Source: Octopus sinensis (taxonomy: Eukaryota). From it: a stretch of 64,000 bases of DNA. Both the position numbers and the translations under genes were made by a program. A model generated the notes under the pieces. That model made no database searches and had not been told where the DNA came from. It saw only the letters and a list, made by a program, of their open reading frames with translations. The stretch covers positions 56,730,001 to 56,794,000 of the forward strand of contig NC_043000.1 of NCBI RefSeq assembly GCF_006345805.1. The letters are read 5' to 3'. Of this stretch, positions 25,405 to 38,918 are shown piece after piece (the first letter of the stretch is position 1; each line of letters starts with the position of its first letter).

Positions 25405-26505
25405 ATCATCAACATAATTTTAAAACCATCAACATAAATTTAAAACTCTAGACAAGAGTACACACAAGTACACAAGCACACACATATATATATATAAATA
25501 CCTACATATATATAAAGAAAAACCAAGCATCTTTCGCTTTCCATCTACCAAATTCACTTGTAATTGTTTGGTGGCCAAGGGCCAAAGTCAAAGACACTTG
25601 TCCAAGGTTTCACACAGTGGGACTGAACCAAAGACTACTTAGTTGGGAAGCAAGCTTCTTAACCAAACAGCCAATTTGAGAGAATGTGAAATAATTTTTG
25701 TTTTAGAACAACAGATCTCAAAGTAAATAATGTTATAAATAATGGTTTCAAATTTTAGCACAAAGAGAACAATTTCAGGGGAGGGGTAAATCAACTATAT
25801 CAACCCCTGTATTTAACTGGTAATTATTTTAGTGATCCCCCACCCCCCATCGAATGATGAAAGGCAAAGTCAACCTCGATGGAATTAGAATTGAGAATGT
25901 AGAGATGGATGAACTCAGATGAAAATTCAAAGCATTTTGCCCGACATGCTAACGATTCTATCAGCTTGCTGCCTTAAATATTGCCATAAATAATAGCATG
26001 TAAATATTGAATTAAAAGGATCTTTGGATAGAAAAAAAAAGTAGAAGGCCACCTGTGGGACTTAAACCCACATCTGTAGTAAACATGACAGGCAGCCTTC
26101 AAATTTTTCTATCCAAAGCGTTTCTTAACCCAATATTTACATCTATAGCTTTATTGGGTTTGAGATCCACCATCCCAGAAGAGAGAGAGCAAACATAAAA
26201 AAGAAATCAGGGTTCTACATTGAAAAAGATTAGAATTTTGAACTTCTTTGGGATTAATAAATTCGTTCCTGAAAAAATCTCAAAACTTCAGGAATGCACT
26301 GCATATACATATATATAACAAATAGTGAGAGATTATCAATTTGGGCAAAATACTTTGTAAACTCTGTTGGCACACCAGGCTAACAATATTACTTAGATTA
26401 GTGAAGAACTCCAAGTAATCTTTCCAAAGTTATGGTTCATCACAATTCTATATTGTAAATCTGTGGATGGGCTTCAGATAAACTGGTTTTTACAAAGTGA
26501 TATAT

Positions 26506-26820
26506 AATGGGATTGCACCTAGAAAGTTACCCTCCTAGACACAAGTCCGGGCACGGTTGTTTTTTTATGGAAGACCAGCAGTCGCCCATGCATACCAGCC
26601 TCCCCTCTCCACGCTACCAGTGTTATCCAAGGGAAAGACAAAGGTCGATACAGCTTGGCACCAGTGACGTCGTAACTCATTTCTACAGCTGAGTGAACTG
26701 GAGCAACGTGAAATAAAGTGCCTTGCTCAAGAACACAACACCCAGCCCGGTCCGGGATTCGAGCTCACAACCTCACGATCGTAAGCTCGACGCTCTAACC
26801 ACTGAGCCATGCGCCTTCAC
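26506..26820 (-). mobile_element. Young tRNA-headed SINE
   Basis: Head gtgaaggcgcatggctcagtggttagagcgtcgagcttacgatcgtgaggttgtgagctcgaatcccgg (A and B boxes), then a CORE-like cttgagcaaggcact segment; CpGs retained. Confidence 0.85.
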
Positions 26821-27113
26821 ATATAGATATATAATAGACAAGTTAAAATAATAGTCATTACATATAATTCCTTTATTGAAGCAAATTTGGCTGACAGTAT
26901 TTCCAGTAGTCATTTTAGATTGGTTTACTCAATTGGTCTATTGATCAAATGAGGCAAATTGAAAGACCTAAGAAAATTAATGATATCTTTGTCAGAGCCA
27001 TTGCTGGAAAAAACAGAGCACTTGAAGAATGGCTATTGTATATCGAGAGGTATGGTGGTGCAAACAGGAAAAATAGAACTCAAAATATGAGTGTATGTAT
27101 ATTTTAATTAATA

Positions 27114-27681
27114 TTGGGTTGCCCAGAAAGTTCATGCCGATTTTTTAAGGAAAGAAAAAGGTCAATAAATACTTGCCATTACATTTTTAATCAACCAAAT
27201 ATGAAACACTTTGTTGCACAATGCATCTCCACCTTTCCTTTAACTTGAAAATACCCACTTCCCAGAATTGAGGTGGTTTCATGGCAAAGAATTCATCAAG
27301 GTATCTTTTTACGTCATCCAAGGAATCGAAATTTTTACCATTAAGACTATTCTGCAAAGACCTGAATAAGTGGAAATCCGAAGAAGCAATATCTGGTGAA
27401 TATGGAGGTTGGGGTAACACATCCCAGCCGAGCTGCAGCAATTTTTGTCTAGTTCCCAAAGCATCAAGTGCCAGAAATGAACTTTCTTATCTTCCATTTT
27501 AAAGGGTTACAGAATTAACACAGGTTATAGGAACATAAACCTTCTTCCACAAAAAAAAATAGCTTAAACTGTGCTCTAAATGGAGGTATAGTCAAATCCT
27601 ATTTTATGGACTCAACCATGTTCTAAAATAAGTCAAAAGATAAGCTACTATAAATCGGCATGAACTTTCCGGACAACCCAA
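27114..27681 (-). mobile_element. Internally deleted mariner element with TIRs and TA TSD
   Basis: TIRs ttgggttgcccagaaagttcatgccgattt / aaatcggcatgaactttccggacaacccaa, TA on both sides; ORF 27187-27459 contains LGWDVLPQPPYSPDIASSDFHLFRSLQNSL (transposase C-terminus only). Confidence 0.9.
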
Positions 27682-28007
27682 TATTTAGCAGAAGAAACAG
27701 AATGACTGAAGGGCCAAGAGTAACTCAAGGGGCAAGAGTTTCAAAGTTTAATAAGTGCTAACACATGAAGCTCTCAGCCCTTGAGTCAGACATGTCAAAC
27801 TCAGTAAAATCACCGTCTTCCACACATACAGGCTTGTCCTTTCAGGAGCCAGTGCCACATAAAAAGCACCCAGTACATTCTTAAGTGGTTGGCATTAGGA
27901 AGGGCATCCAACCGTAGAAACCATGCCACAACAGACAATTGGAGTTTGGACACTTTTGCTAGCCAGCTCCAGGTCAAACTGTAGAACCCATGCCACCATG
28001 GAACGTA

Positions 28008-28047
<40 letters not shown>

Positions 28048-29020
28048 TATATATATATAACAGGCTTCTTTCAGTTTTCATCTACCAAATCCACTCACAA
28101 GGATTTGGTCAGCCCTGGGCTGTAGTAGAAGACACTTGCCCAAGAAGCAACGCAATGAGACTAAACCCAAAACCAATGTGGGTGTGAACTAAGTTTCATA
28201 CCATACACCCATGGCTATCATTTATGTGCTAAAGAAACTTCTAAGTCAAATCACATACACACACACATTAATTCTGCAAATCACACCTTAACAACCCTAA
28301 CAAGTGAACATCCGTAGGAGCTTAATGGCAAATGGCAAATGAGCCTTCTTGGTTACAGAAAAACCCATAAATGATCGATACTCTTCTGTTTCTTTCTTCC
28401 CATTTGCCTTTATTTAGCACTGTTATATATTAATTTAAAGCTTTTGTTTTTGACTTTCTTTTCCTTTTCTTTTTGAGCTGCTACAATCATCATCAAATTT
28501 GATGGGAAGTGTGTGTGTGTGTGTGTTGGTATGTATATACAAGTATATACACCAAAGCTATCCATCTATATATATGTGCATATATTTGCACATGCACATA
28601 CATACACACACACACATACACATATATATATAATTAAGCAAATAAGCTAGTGCTAAAATCTCTGTAAGAGATGAACACAGTAGTTGTACTGGCAAGTAAT
28701 GCTCATCACCACTTCAACATGGCTGTTCTGTTCAAACAGACATTACTGTGACTATTTAACCCCAAGGGGACATTTCCTCTAGCTGGTTAATGATGTACAC
28801 TTGCATTTGAAATATTGCAAGGCAGAAAATAACCCAAAACCAGCTGGTCTACTGCTCCTGTCGCTAGAAGGTGGTAGGGCTTTGCTCTCCTGCTTGCAAT
28901 ATATACAGGCATGCATCATTAACCAGCTAGAGTAAATGTCCTCTTGGAGTTAAAAAATTGCAGTAATGTCCATTCAAACGGAACAGCCATGTAGAAGAGA
29001 TGACAAACATTACTTTATAT

Positions 29021-29404
29021 ATGGAAGCACTCCGTCGGTTACGACGACGAGAGTTCCAGTTGATCCGATCAACGGAACAGCCTGCTCGTGAAATTAACGT
29101 GTAAGTGGCTGAGCACTCCACAGACACGTGTACCCTTAACGTAGTTCTCGGGGATATTCAGCGTGACACAGAGAGTGACAAGGCTGGCCCTTTGAAATAC
29201 AGGTACAACAGAAACAGGAAGTAAGAGTGAGAGAAAGTTGTGGTGAAAGACTACAGCAGGGATCACCACCATCCCTGCCAGAGCCTCGTGGAGCTTTAGG
29301 TGTTTCCGCTCAATAAACACTCACAACACCCGGTCTGGGAATCGAAACCACGATCCTACGACCGCGAGTCCGCTGCCCTAACCACTGGGCCATTGCGCCT
29401 CCAC
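29021..29404 (-). mobile_element. Young tRNA-headed SINE
   Basis: Head gtggaggcgcaatggcccagtggttagggcagcggactcgcggtcgtaggatcgtggtttcgattccc; same head as the + copy at 38627. Confidence 0.85.
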
Positions 29405-31879
29405 TTTATATATATATATTTATTTATGCCTGGTGATACCTCTGAGACCTCTAACTTGGAATGAGCCCAGCCCCATCAAACAAGAGCATAAAGCCATTTA
29501 TCTATACAAACACACACACACACACATGCACATACACACATTTTCATGCAAAAATCAGAAGCATGAAACTCGGAGTAATGATTTGTAAAGTTTCCCATTT
29601 TCAGTAAACCTGATATTTCTCTTTAATTTTAATAGTGAGTACTCTTTTTTTCTTCTCCTTCCTGTTTATACTTAGGTAGGTACTTGCATACACATATGTA
29701 TGTGTGTGTGTGTATGTGACATGTGCTTGAATGTTTATGTAAAAGAGAAATAAATTGTGACAGAAAATTTTCTTCAGAACTATTGCCAATATATTTATTT
29801 ATTCTCCAATAAAATGAAGAAAACAATTTAAAAACATTTTCTCTTTCTTTTGTCTTGTTTTCTTTTGTTTTCTTTCTTTTTTTCTTTTCTTTTTTTGAAG
29901 CCTTTCATTCTTCTACAAATTTTCATTTTTTGTCATATTTTCAGATCCTTTTAAATTTTTTATTCTCCTTTTTTGTTTTGTTTTCTTTTTTGTTTTTTTT
30001 TTGTCTCTGTTTGCACCAGTCTATCGAAATTATTAAATTCTATTGGAAATGAAAAAATTATTTTTTAAGAAAAAAACTGCAAAATGAAATAAAATAAAAT
30101 TACCAAAAAAAAAAAAGAAAAACAGTTAATCATAAAAATTCAAGTCACAAAAATTTGTGTTGTTGATGTTTATATTAACTAAATTAAATTTTCACAACGC
30201 AAAATCAGTTATGTGATTAAGTAATTGGGCAAAAATATATGAACATATGAAACAGGCTTCTTATACTCAACTGACCCCGATAATGTTACTGTTTAAAACA
30301 GACCTCGCACAACTGAGTTCCATAATTCTGTAATATGATTGCTTGCTAAGCCAGAAATTATACAAGACACCAAGAAAAAAAAAAAGAAATAAAAACAGGG
30401 AATAAAAAAACAACAGGCAAACATCACTAAAGTTGATTATTACATCTGGACCACATAATGATAGATGAATATGGTTGGGGTGAAGGTGGTTTTGTAACTA
30501 TCACCAAGAAACGCTATACCGCCACCCACATCCATAAGGATACTCAGAGAGCTAATTATATATACTAATACTAACACTGCCATGTCGTATGGCACATACA
30601 CACACACACAGCTAATGAGAAGAATGATTAAAATCAGAAGGTTTAAAAAAATGTAATGATATAAAACAAAATGTGGGCTCCATTGAAAGTGAAGAAAATG
30701 AATTCATTTAAATTCAAACAATGTAGAAACGAAATAGCCAAGTGTGTTGTTCTTCTAGTTAGCTCTGTGAAGAGGGTGAGGTGTGTGTGTGCGTGTGTGT
30801 GTGTGTGTGTGTTTGTGTGGGTGCATGCACACACACACGTCTGTGTACATGTGTACAAGTACATGAATGTGTGCATGCAAGTGGAATATGTGTATGCATA
30901 TCACTGATTGTGTGTATGCATGTCACTGATTGTGTGTGCATGTATGCATGAGTATTGAAGGGATGCACATGCTTCTGCAAATGCGCATAAATGAGAATGG
31001 AGTAAAGTGGTGACTGCTCTAAGATACTGAATTATATCCCTACAGATCATAAGTTCAAGGTCAGTGCCAGTATTTATTTCATTATTTCATTTTAATTTTC
31101 AAGCAGAAACAATATTTTATGCATTATTGTTCATCTAGCAAACAACAAATTAAGAGAGGCATCAGAGCAGAAATAAAAAAATACCTTGTAGTATTCATTC
31201 TGTTGCTGTGTGTACTCTGTGCTCTGAGTTCAAATCTCACCAAGGTCTATTTTACTTTTGATTCTTTCGGAATTGTTAAAAGAAAATATCTGTCCAAGAC
31301 AGTGGATGCAAAGATCATTAGAGTTGTTGTTGAAGTGCCTTACTTGTAAACTGTTTAGGCTCTTTGCATTCTGAGCTTTTGGGTGAGATTTGATCCTTTA
31401 CCCAGTTAACACCACTACCGGGTCATTTGGGGGTCTTTAGCAGAGTTCACTTCAATGCAAGCATGAAGGTGAGATCTTCAGCTTGAGAATATCTTCTTCC
31501 TTTCCTTCCACCAGTCCTTGAAAAAATAAAAAGGCAAGGGTTCTATTTTCCTCCCTTCCCTGATTATATGATACAATAAGGAAACAGTTTAATTAGCTTT
31601 CAAAAATAGTTCCTTAATGAACTGATGAGAGAGCTCCTATATGCTTACTTGACCTGCCAGAAATTACAGCCAAAGTAAATCCACTCTGCTCATCACTTTT
31701 TTTTCTACACAGTCAGGTCATATATGGCTTTGAATGATTCCTTTGACAAACACCATGTATTTGTCAAGGAGTGTTCATGAGCATAAAGATAGGTTCTTAT
31801 TGCCTTCTTTTGAGTTTTTTGTTGTTGTTTTGTTGTTTTTTACAAGACAACATGTTAAGCTAAGTGATATTGTGGTTGT

Positions 31880-32170
31880 GGCCAGTGTCAGTGACATAGG
31901 AAAAGCACCTGTGCCAGTGACACATAAAAGATGCATGTTAAAGGCACCTGTGCTGGTGACACGTAAAAGACACCCAGTACACTCTGTAGAATGGCTGATG
32001 TTAGGAGGGGCATCCGGTTGTAGAAGCCAAGCCAAAATAGACTGGAGCCTGGTGCACCTCTCTGGCTTACCAGCTCCAGTCAAACTATCTAACCCATGCC
32101 AGCATGGAAACAAACATTAAATGATAAGGATGGTGATGATGATGATGATGCTGACAATGATGACGATGAC
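31880..32170 (+). mobile_element. RTE-tailed (GAT)n repeat
   Basis: gttaggaggggcatccgg...aacccatgccagcatggaa...(gat)n; 5' part has aaagcacctgtgc subrepeats. Confidence 0.7.
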
Positions 32171-32280
32171 AACAATACTGTTAGCCAGATATAGACAAGT
32201 TTACCATATCAGCCAGGGCATTCAGACTACAAAGAGTCAGAACAAATACTGTAAAACATTTGTCCTGCACTAACAATTCT

Positions 32281-32513
32281 TATTTCTTTACTGCCCACAA
32301 GGGGCTACACACAGAGGGGACAAACAAGGACACACAAATGGATTAAGTTGATTATATTGACCCCCAGTACGTAACTGGTACTTATTTAATCAACCCTGAA
32401 ACGATGAAAGGCAAAGTCGACCTCGATGGAATTTGAACTCAGAACGTAGTGGCAGACGAAACACCACTAAGCATTTTGCCCGGCATGCTAACAATTCTGC
32501 CAGCTCACCGCCT
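32281..32513 (-). mobile_element. SINE monomer (aggcggtgagctggcag family) with TSD
   Basis: Flanked by direct repeats gcactaacaattct (32267-32280) and gcactaacaatttt (32514-32527). Confidence 0.85.
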
Positions 32514-33234
32514 GCACTAACAATTTTGTCAGTCCACTGCTCTGCACTTGTATTTTATTTTATCAACTACAGAAGGACAAAAAGCAAAGTTAGCTTCGGC
32601 AGATCTGAACTCAAACCATAAAGAGTCAGAACAAACACCAGAGGACACTTTGTCCAACACTCTAACAGCTTTGCCAATTTGCTGCTTTCATTTGCTAGAG
32701 TTTTAAAATGAAAAGTCCATTGAAGAGGTAGACCTAAATATGCATAAGAAAAAAGAAAAAACAGGATAATCACAGCTGAAAGACTTTTGAGTCATAGTTC
32801 TGCTCAGTCAGGGCTAACCATGGGCTAAACAGCAACAACAACAAAAACAAATATGTTCCAGATGAATTTTTCTCTGGAGTTGTCAGTTAGGTCAATCTTC
32901 CATTGATAGCAATAAATGATCATAGAAAGTCAAGCTACAGACTCTCGAGTTATCATTGTACATGTGTGCGGAATAAATAAATATTTAATTTATGCCCCGT
33001 TTCTCATTTTATTTCCCAACTATAATAATTTTTTTTTTCTTAAATTTGTTCGATGTTTGCCACAACTCTACTAAAATTATGAAGTGCCATAAAAACCAAG
33101 TATCAGACAAAAGAAACAAACTTGCTGAATTTTCCTTCTCTTGTCTTCTGGTCATGTGATCTGTTTTGTCTTCTGCTCTGTCCATTTTATAGTTTGAATA
33201 CTGTGGTGTCTACAGCATCTGTTCTCTCTCTCTA

Positions 33235-33269
<35 letters not shown>

Positions 33270-33934
33270 GCCTTCAATCTTTCTCTCTTTTCATCTTTCT
33301 GTTTCTGAACAGAACACACATACATAAACACATAACCCACTTACACACATCTGGATTCATAATATTTGGTGTGTGTGTGTGTATGTGTAAGAGTGCATGT
33401 GCAAGTATGTGCTTGTGTGTGCTTGCAAGTATTTGTGCATTTGTGTGTGTGTGTGTCTGTCTGTCTGTCTGTGAGTGTGTTTCTAGGCAAAATACTTTAT
33501 TGTATTCTGCCTGAGTTCTCCTAGATGTCAGAAATAGGCAGCAGGGGATTTTCTGAGGAAAAGGTCAGTGAGACTGACCACCTACTGATAGATAACTCTG
33601 ACTAGGTAAGATCAAGCAATCAACTATTTATTGTGTATGTATGGGGGATAGATATTTTTCTCTTTGTCTCTATATAAGAGAGAAGACGTGTGTGTGGCTG
33701 TGTTTATATATGTATTTCAGAACAAGTCATATTGTTTTCATTACCTAAGCCGTAGGTGGAGCTTTTATTTTTTTTGTGTGGCTGGGTGGGGTAATATCAG
33801 CTGAACTAATCACCTACTGATCACATAAGATCAAGTAATTGATTATATTTAGAGTAGTAAAATGGTAAAATCCAAGGAAACTGATGATGTTCTGCGATAG
33901 CAGAAATAAAAATGGTTCAAATAAAGAAGAAAAG

Positions 33935-33970
33935 TTTTAATGTTTTGGACGCTTGTCCTTCTTCAGTCAC
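33935..33970 (-). ncRNA. Decayed hammerhead-like motif
   Basis: Minus strand CUGAAGA A GGAC AAGC GUCC AAAA CAUU; equals CUGAAGA-A-stem II-GAAACGUU after reverting two CpG-type changes; stem I not recoverable. Confidence 0.4.
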
Positions 33971-34106
33971 ATTAATGTGTAAATATCCCTTTGTCTGTTC
34001 CCTCCACACATCCATGCCCGAATTTCACTCTTATTTCCTATCTCACCAATGTGGCCTTCCCCATTTCAACTGATCTTTGTATTTTACTATTACTTTATCA
34101 AACCCT

Positions 34107-34708
34107 TATTTCTTTATTGCCCACAAGGGGCTAAACATAGAGGGGACAAACAAGGACAGACAAAGGGATCAAGTCAATTATATCGACCCCAGTGTGTAAC
34201 TGGTACTTAATTTATCGACCCAGAAAGGACGAAAGGCAAAGTCGACCTCGGCAGTATTTGAACTCAGAACGTAAAGACAAACGAAATACCTATTTCTTTA
34301 CTACCCACAAGGGGCTAAACACAGAGGGGACAAACAAGGACATACAAACAGATTAAGTCGATTACATCGACCCCAGAACGTAACTGGTACTTATTTTATT
34401 GACCTCGAAAGGATGAAAGGCAAAGTCGACCTCGGCAGAATTTGAACTCAGAACGTAACGGCAAACGAAATACCTATTTCTTTACTACCCACAAGGGGCT
34501 AAACACAGAGGGGACAAACAAGGACAAACAAACGGATTAAGTCGATTATATCGACCCCAGTGTGTAACTGGTACTTAATTTATCAACCCCAAAAGGATGA
34601 AAGGCAAAATTGACCTCGGCAGAATTTGAACTCAGAACGTAACGGCAGATGAAATACCGCTAAGCATTTTGCCTGGCATGCAAACGTTTCTGCCAGCTCG
34701 CCACCTTA
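34107..34708 (-). mobile_element. Trimeric SINE (one head, three 184-bp bodies) within a single TSD
   Basis: Units start at 34107, 34291 and 34475; 15-bp direct repeat actttatcaaaccct at 34092-34106 and 34709-34723. Confidence 0.9.
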
Positions 34709-35129
34709 ACTTTATCAAACCCTACTCTACATTTAACATCCTCCCACATCGTATATCTATCACACTACTCACACCAGCATACAATGGCTTTTTTTACCAT
34801 CTCTCACTTTGCATAACTTCCCTTGATATCATGTCTTTTTCTCATATGTCATTTTGTAGATAAATCCCCATATTTTTCTGTTTTATTATTTACGTCTGTA
34901 TTCAATAAAATATTCATCTTTATTATCCATTTATTATTTATTTCAAATAACTGCGACTTGGTGATGGTGCGTTGTTGGTGGTGATGTTATTGTTATTGTT
35001 GTTGTATATGCTGTTGTTGCTTAGCCTTAGAGCAGCTGTGATCGGGTAGACCTACAGGGTGCTCAAGATAAATTTGATGATTTTTTTGTTTCCTTTTTTT
35101 CAGGAACAGCTTGATGTAATGATGTTGGA

Positions 35130-35585
35130 GAGGATAAAGATTAAAACTGCCTTTGAGAAAAAGCTAGCTGACATAGAGTTAAGACTTAACTGAACCATTA
35201 GATTCATGCTGGGTATCAAAATGCCAACATCATGACTGCTGCTCAATGCTCTGTGAAGGCTGTAAAGGTTGTAAGACAGGACATGGACAGCTGCAACAGA
35301 GTCTATGAAGCCATAGACATAGCAGGCATTCTAACTGCATCCATACACCAGGATACATCCAACAACTGATGATTAGGGTCTTAGGCTCAATTCATATGGC
35401 TATGTGAAGTTGCTGGAGACTGGTCAATCTCTGGCTGGAGGGAGTTGCAGGCTGGAAGGCCATATGTGTAGTAGCAGGATTCAGCTCCTTGCCATATCTC
35501 AGGAAAAAAGTCAAAAGTGGTTGCTTGAGAACTTCTATGACTTTGCCAGCCCCAATTTTTGGCCTCCTAATTCCCCCAAATGAAA
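35130..35585 (+). pseudogene. maT/DD37D-like transposase relic
   Basis: QDSAPCHISGKSQKWLLENFYDFASPNFWPPNSP at 35475-35580; related to the 11.2-11.8 kb relic. Confidence 0.65.
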
Positions 35586-35626
35586 AATATAGCCTGAACA
35601 GCCTGTACTATCAAAGTTAGAGCAGC

Positions 35627-35935
35627 CATCATCATCATCATCATCATCGTTTAACGTCCGTTCTCCATGCTAGCATGGGTTGGACGGTTCGACTGGGGAT
35701 CTGGGAAGCCAGAAGGCTGCACCAGGCTCCAGTCTGATCTGGCAGTGTTTCTACAGTTGGATGCCCTTCCTAATGCCAACCACTCCGAGAGTGTAGTGGG
35801 TGCTTTTTACGTGCCACCGGCACAGGTGCCAGTCGAGGCTGGCAACGGCCACGATCGGATTGGTGCTTTTTACGTGCCACCGGCCACATTCGGATGGTGC
35901 TTTTTATGTGCCACCGGCACGGAAGCCAGTCATGA
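35627..35935 (-). mobile_element. RTE-tailed (GAT)n repeat
   Basis: Same family as 9969-10293, with three gtgctttttacgtgccaccggc subrepeats. Confidence 0.8.
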
Positions 35936-36233
35936 CCGTTCCAATTTTTATTTCAGATACAGTGTATCAACACTGTATCTGAAATAAATTATCGAATGAG
36001 TTCGTTTTTAAGGCAGTCAAGTGTGATCTAAACAGCAAATTTTAGCAAGTTAACAGTCCCTTGTTGGCTTGTCATTATTCTTGGTTCTACAATGGTAAAC
36101 AAACCAATACTGGTTGTTAAGTGGTGGGAGGACAACATAACGCAAAGACACACACCACATATATACATACATGGATTTATGTGTGTGTCCATATATACAT
36201 ACATGTATGTATGTGTGTGAGCATATATATATA

Positions 36234-36624
36234 TTCTTTTATTCTTTTATTTGTTTCAGTCACTTGACTGCGGCCATGCTGGAGCACCGCCTTTAGTCGA
36301 ACAAATTGACCCCAGGACTTATTCTTTATAAACCTAATACTTATTCTCTCAGTCTCTTTTGCCAAACCGCTAGCTTAGAGGGACATAAATACACCAACAT
36401 CAGTTGTCAAGCAATGATAGGGTACAAACACAGACACACATACACACACACCACACACACATGACTGGCTTCCTTCAGTTTCTGTCAACCAAATTCACTA
36501 ACAAAGCTTGGTCGGCCCGAGGCTATAGTAGAAGACACTTGCCCATGGTGCCATGCAGTGGGACTGAACCCGGAACCACATGGTTAGTAAGCAAGCTACT
36601 TACCACACACCCACTCCTGTACCT
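36234..36624 (-). mobile_element. Full-length tRNA/CORE-like SINE
   Basis: Reverse complement of the 2973-3376 family from head to tail. Confidence 0.85.
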
Positions 36625-37352
36625 ATATATATTGATAATATATATATATACACATATAATATGTGTGTGTGTGTATATAATATGTGTGTGTGTGTATACA
36701 CACACACACACCACACACACATATATATATACACATATGATAGTCTGTTGCACAGTTTCTGTTAGCCATATTCACTCACAAAGTGTTGGTCATCTCAACG
36801 CTATAGTAGATGATGTTTTCGCAAGGTGCTGCACAGTAGGACAACACCCAAAACAGTTGAGAAGGCAGTGGCCCAGCAGCACTGAATATTAGACATTTAC
36901 AGCAGTGAGCTGCTCTACGAATCAAAATTTGGATTACCTTTGATCCATACATCAGCTCAATCAGACTGACCTGAGACTAGACAGCAATAACTCAACAAGG
37001 AATCAAAAGCTAGCAGCATCAGTGACTTCCAGTGAACTGAATAAAGCACTATATCACAATTCATACACAAGCTGAAATCAATACCTTTTATCTTTAGTCT
37101 TTTACTTGTTTCAGTCGTTAGACTGTGGCCATGATGGGGCACCAAGTTGAACAACTCTAGTTGAAAGAATCAACCCTAGTACTTTTTTTTTAAGCCTAGT
37201 ACATATTTTTATCAGTCCCATTTGCCAAACCACTATGTCACAGGAACATAAACACACTAAGACTTGTCGTCAAGTGGTGGTGGAGGACACACAGATACAA
37301 AGATGCACACACGTACATTATAAATTTATATATATATAATATAAATATATAT

Positions 37353-37398
<46 letters not shown>

Positions 37399-37582
37399 GG
37401 GAGAATTCACGAAAAAAACAAAAGACGAAGACAAGTGGTGTAGAAAACAAACAGATGTATTAGTATAACACTCGGGAATTGAAAAAGTCTTTAACGTTTC
37501 GAGCCTATGCTCTTCCACAGAAAGGAACAGAGAAAGAAACAAGGAGTGAAACAAAGAGAGAAAAAAATGTGTGTTGTGGCTA
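37399..37582 (-). mobile_element. ~180-bp non-coding HHR element, copy 1
   Basis: Colinear with 41913-42085 and 61248-61435; motif at 37488-37526: CUUU CUGUGGA A GAGC AUAG GCUC GAAA CG UU AAAG. Confidence 0.75.
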
Positions 37583-37585
37583 CCA

Positions 37586-37991
37586 AGGCACAGGAGTGGC
37601 TGTGTGGTAAGTATCTTGCTTACCAACCACATAGTTCTGGGTTCAGTCCCTCTGCGTGGCACCTTGGCCAAGTGTCTTCTACTATCGCTTCAGGCCGACC
37701 AAAGCCTTGTGAGTGGATTTGGTAGAAAGAAACTGAAAGAAGCCCATCGTATATATGTATATATATATATGTATGTATGTTTGTGTGTCTGTGTTTGTCC
37801 CCCTAACATTGCTTAACAACTGATGCTGGTGTGTTTACGTCCCCATAACTTAGCGGTTCGGCAAAAGAGACCGATAGAATAAGTCCTAGGCTTACAAAGA
37901 ATAAGTCCTGGGGTCGATTAGTTCGACTAAAGGTGGTGCTCCAGCATGGCCGCAGTCAAATGACTGAAATAAGTAAAAGAGAAAAAGAGAG
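37586..37991 (+). mobile_element. Full-length tRNA/CORE-like SINE
   Basis: Same family as 2973-3376. Confidence 0.85.
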
Positions 37992-38126
37992 TATATATAT
38001 ATATAATTCCATTTTCACGGATAATGACAGAGGGTGCTAGGGAGCATGTGTTAAAAACCCTTCAAACCACAAGACAGCACATTTTCATATACTGACAGGG
38101 GAGATAACTGCCCACAGCAAAACTAG

Positions 38127-38182
38127 ATCATTATAATAGACTAGTTTCACTTGAAATTTACAAGCTCATCAGTAGTGACTAC
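38127..38182 (-). ncRNA. Type-I hammerhead, near canonical, in an isolated pLTR-like fragment (~38005-38220)
   Basis: GUCACUA CUGAUGA GCUUG UAAAUUU CAAGU GAAA CUAG UC UAU UAUAA UGAU; palindromic ACUAGU; GUC site, predicted cut between 38139 and 38138; G-U at the first stem II pair and one stem I mismatch. Confidence 0.75.
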
Positions 38183-38217
38183 TCCATCACTGAATAGTTC
38201 GGCTAAATCCTGAATAT

Positions 38218-38270
<53 letters not shown>

Positions 38271-38314
38271 TTTCTGGTTGCAGAAAATTTTTCTTGAATT
38301 TTTTTGCTACCCTT

Positions 38315-38918
<604 letters not shown>

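Noticed and set aside
27187-27459. SETMAR-like host gene
   Set aside because: Only a transposase C-terminus, enclosed by TIRs and a TA TSD; a deleted mariner copy.
31430-31490. Minus-strand CUGAAGA followed by a hairpin
   Set aside because: No GAAA, stem III or stem I.
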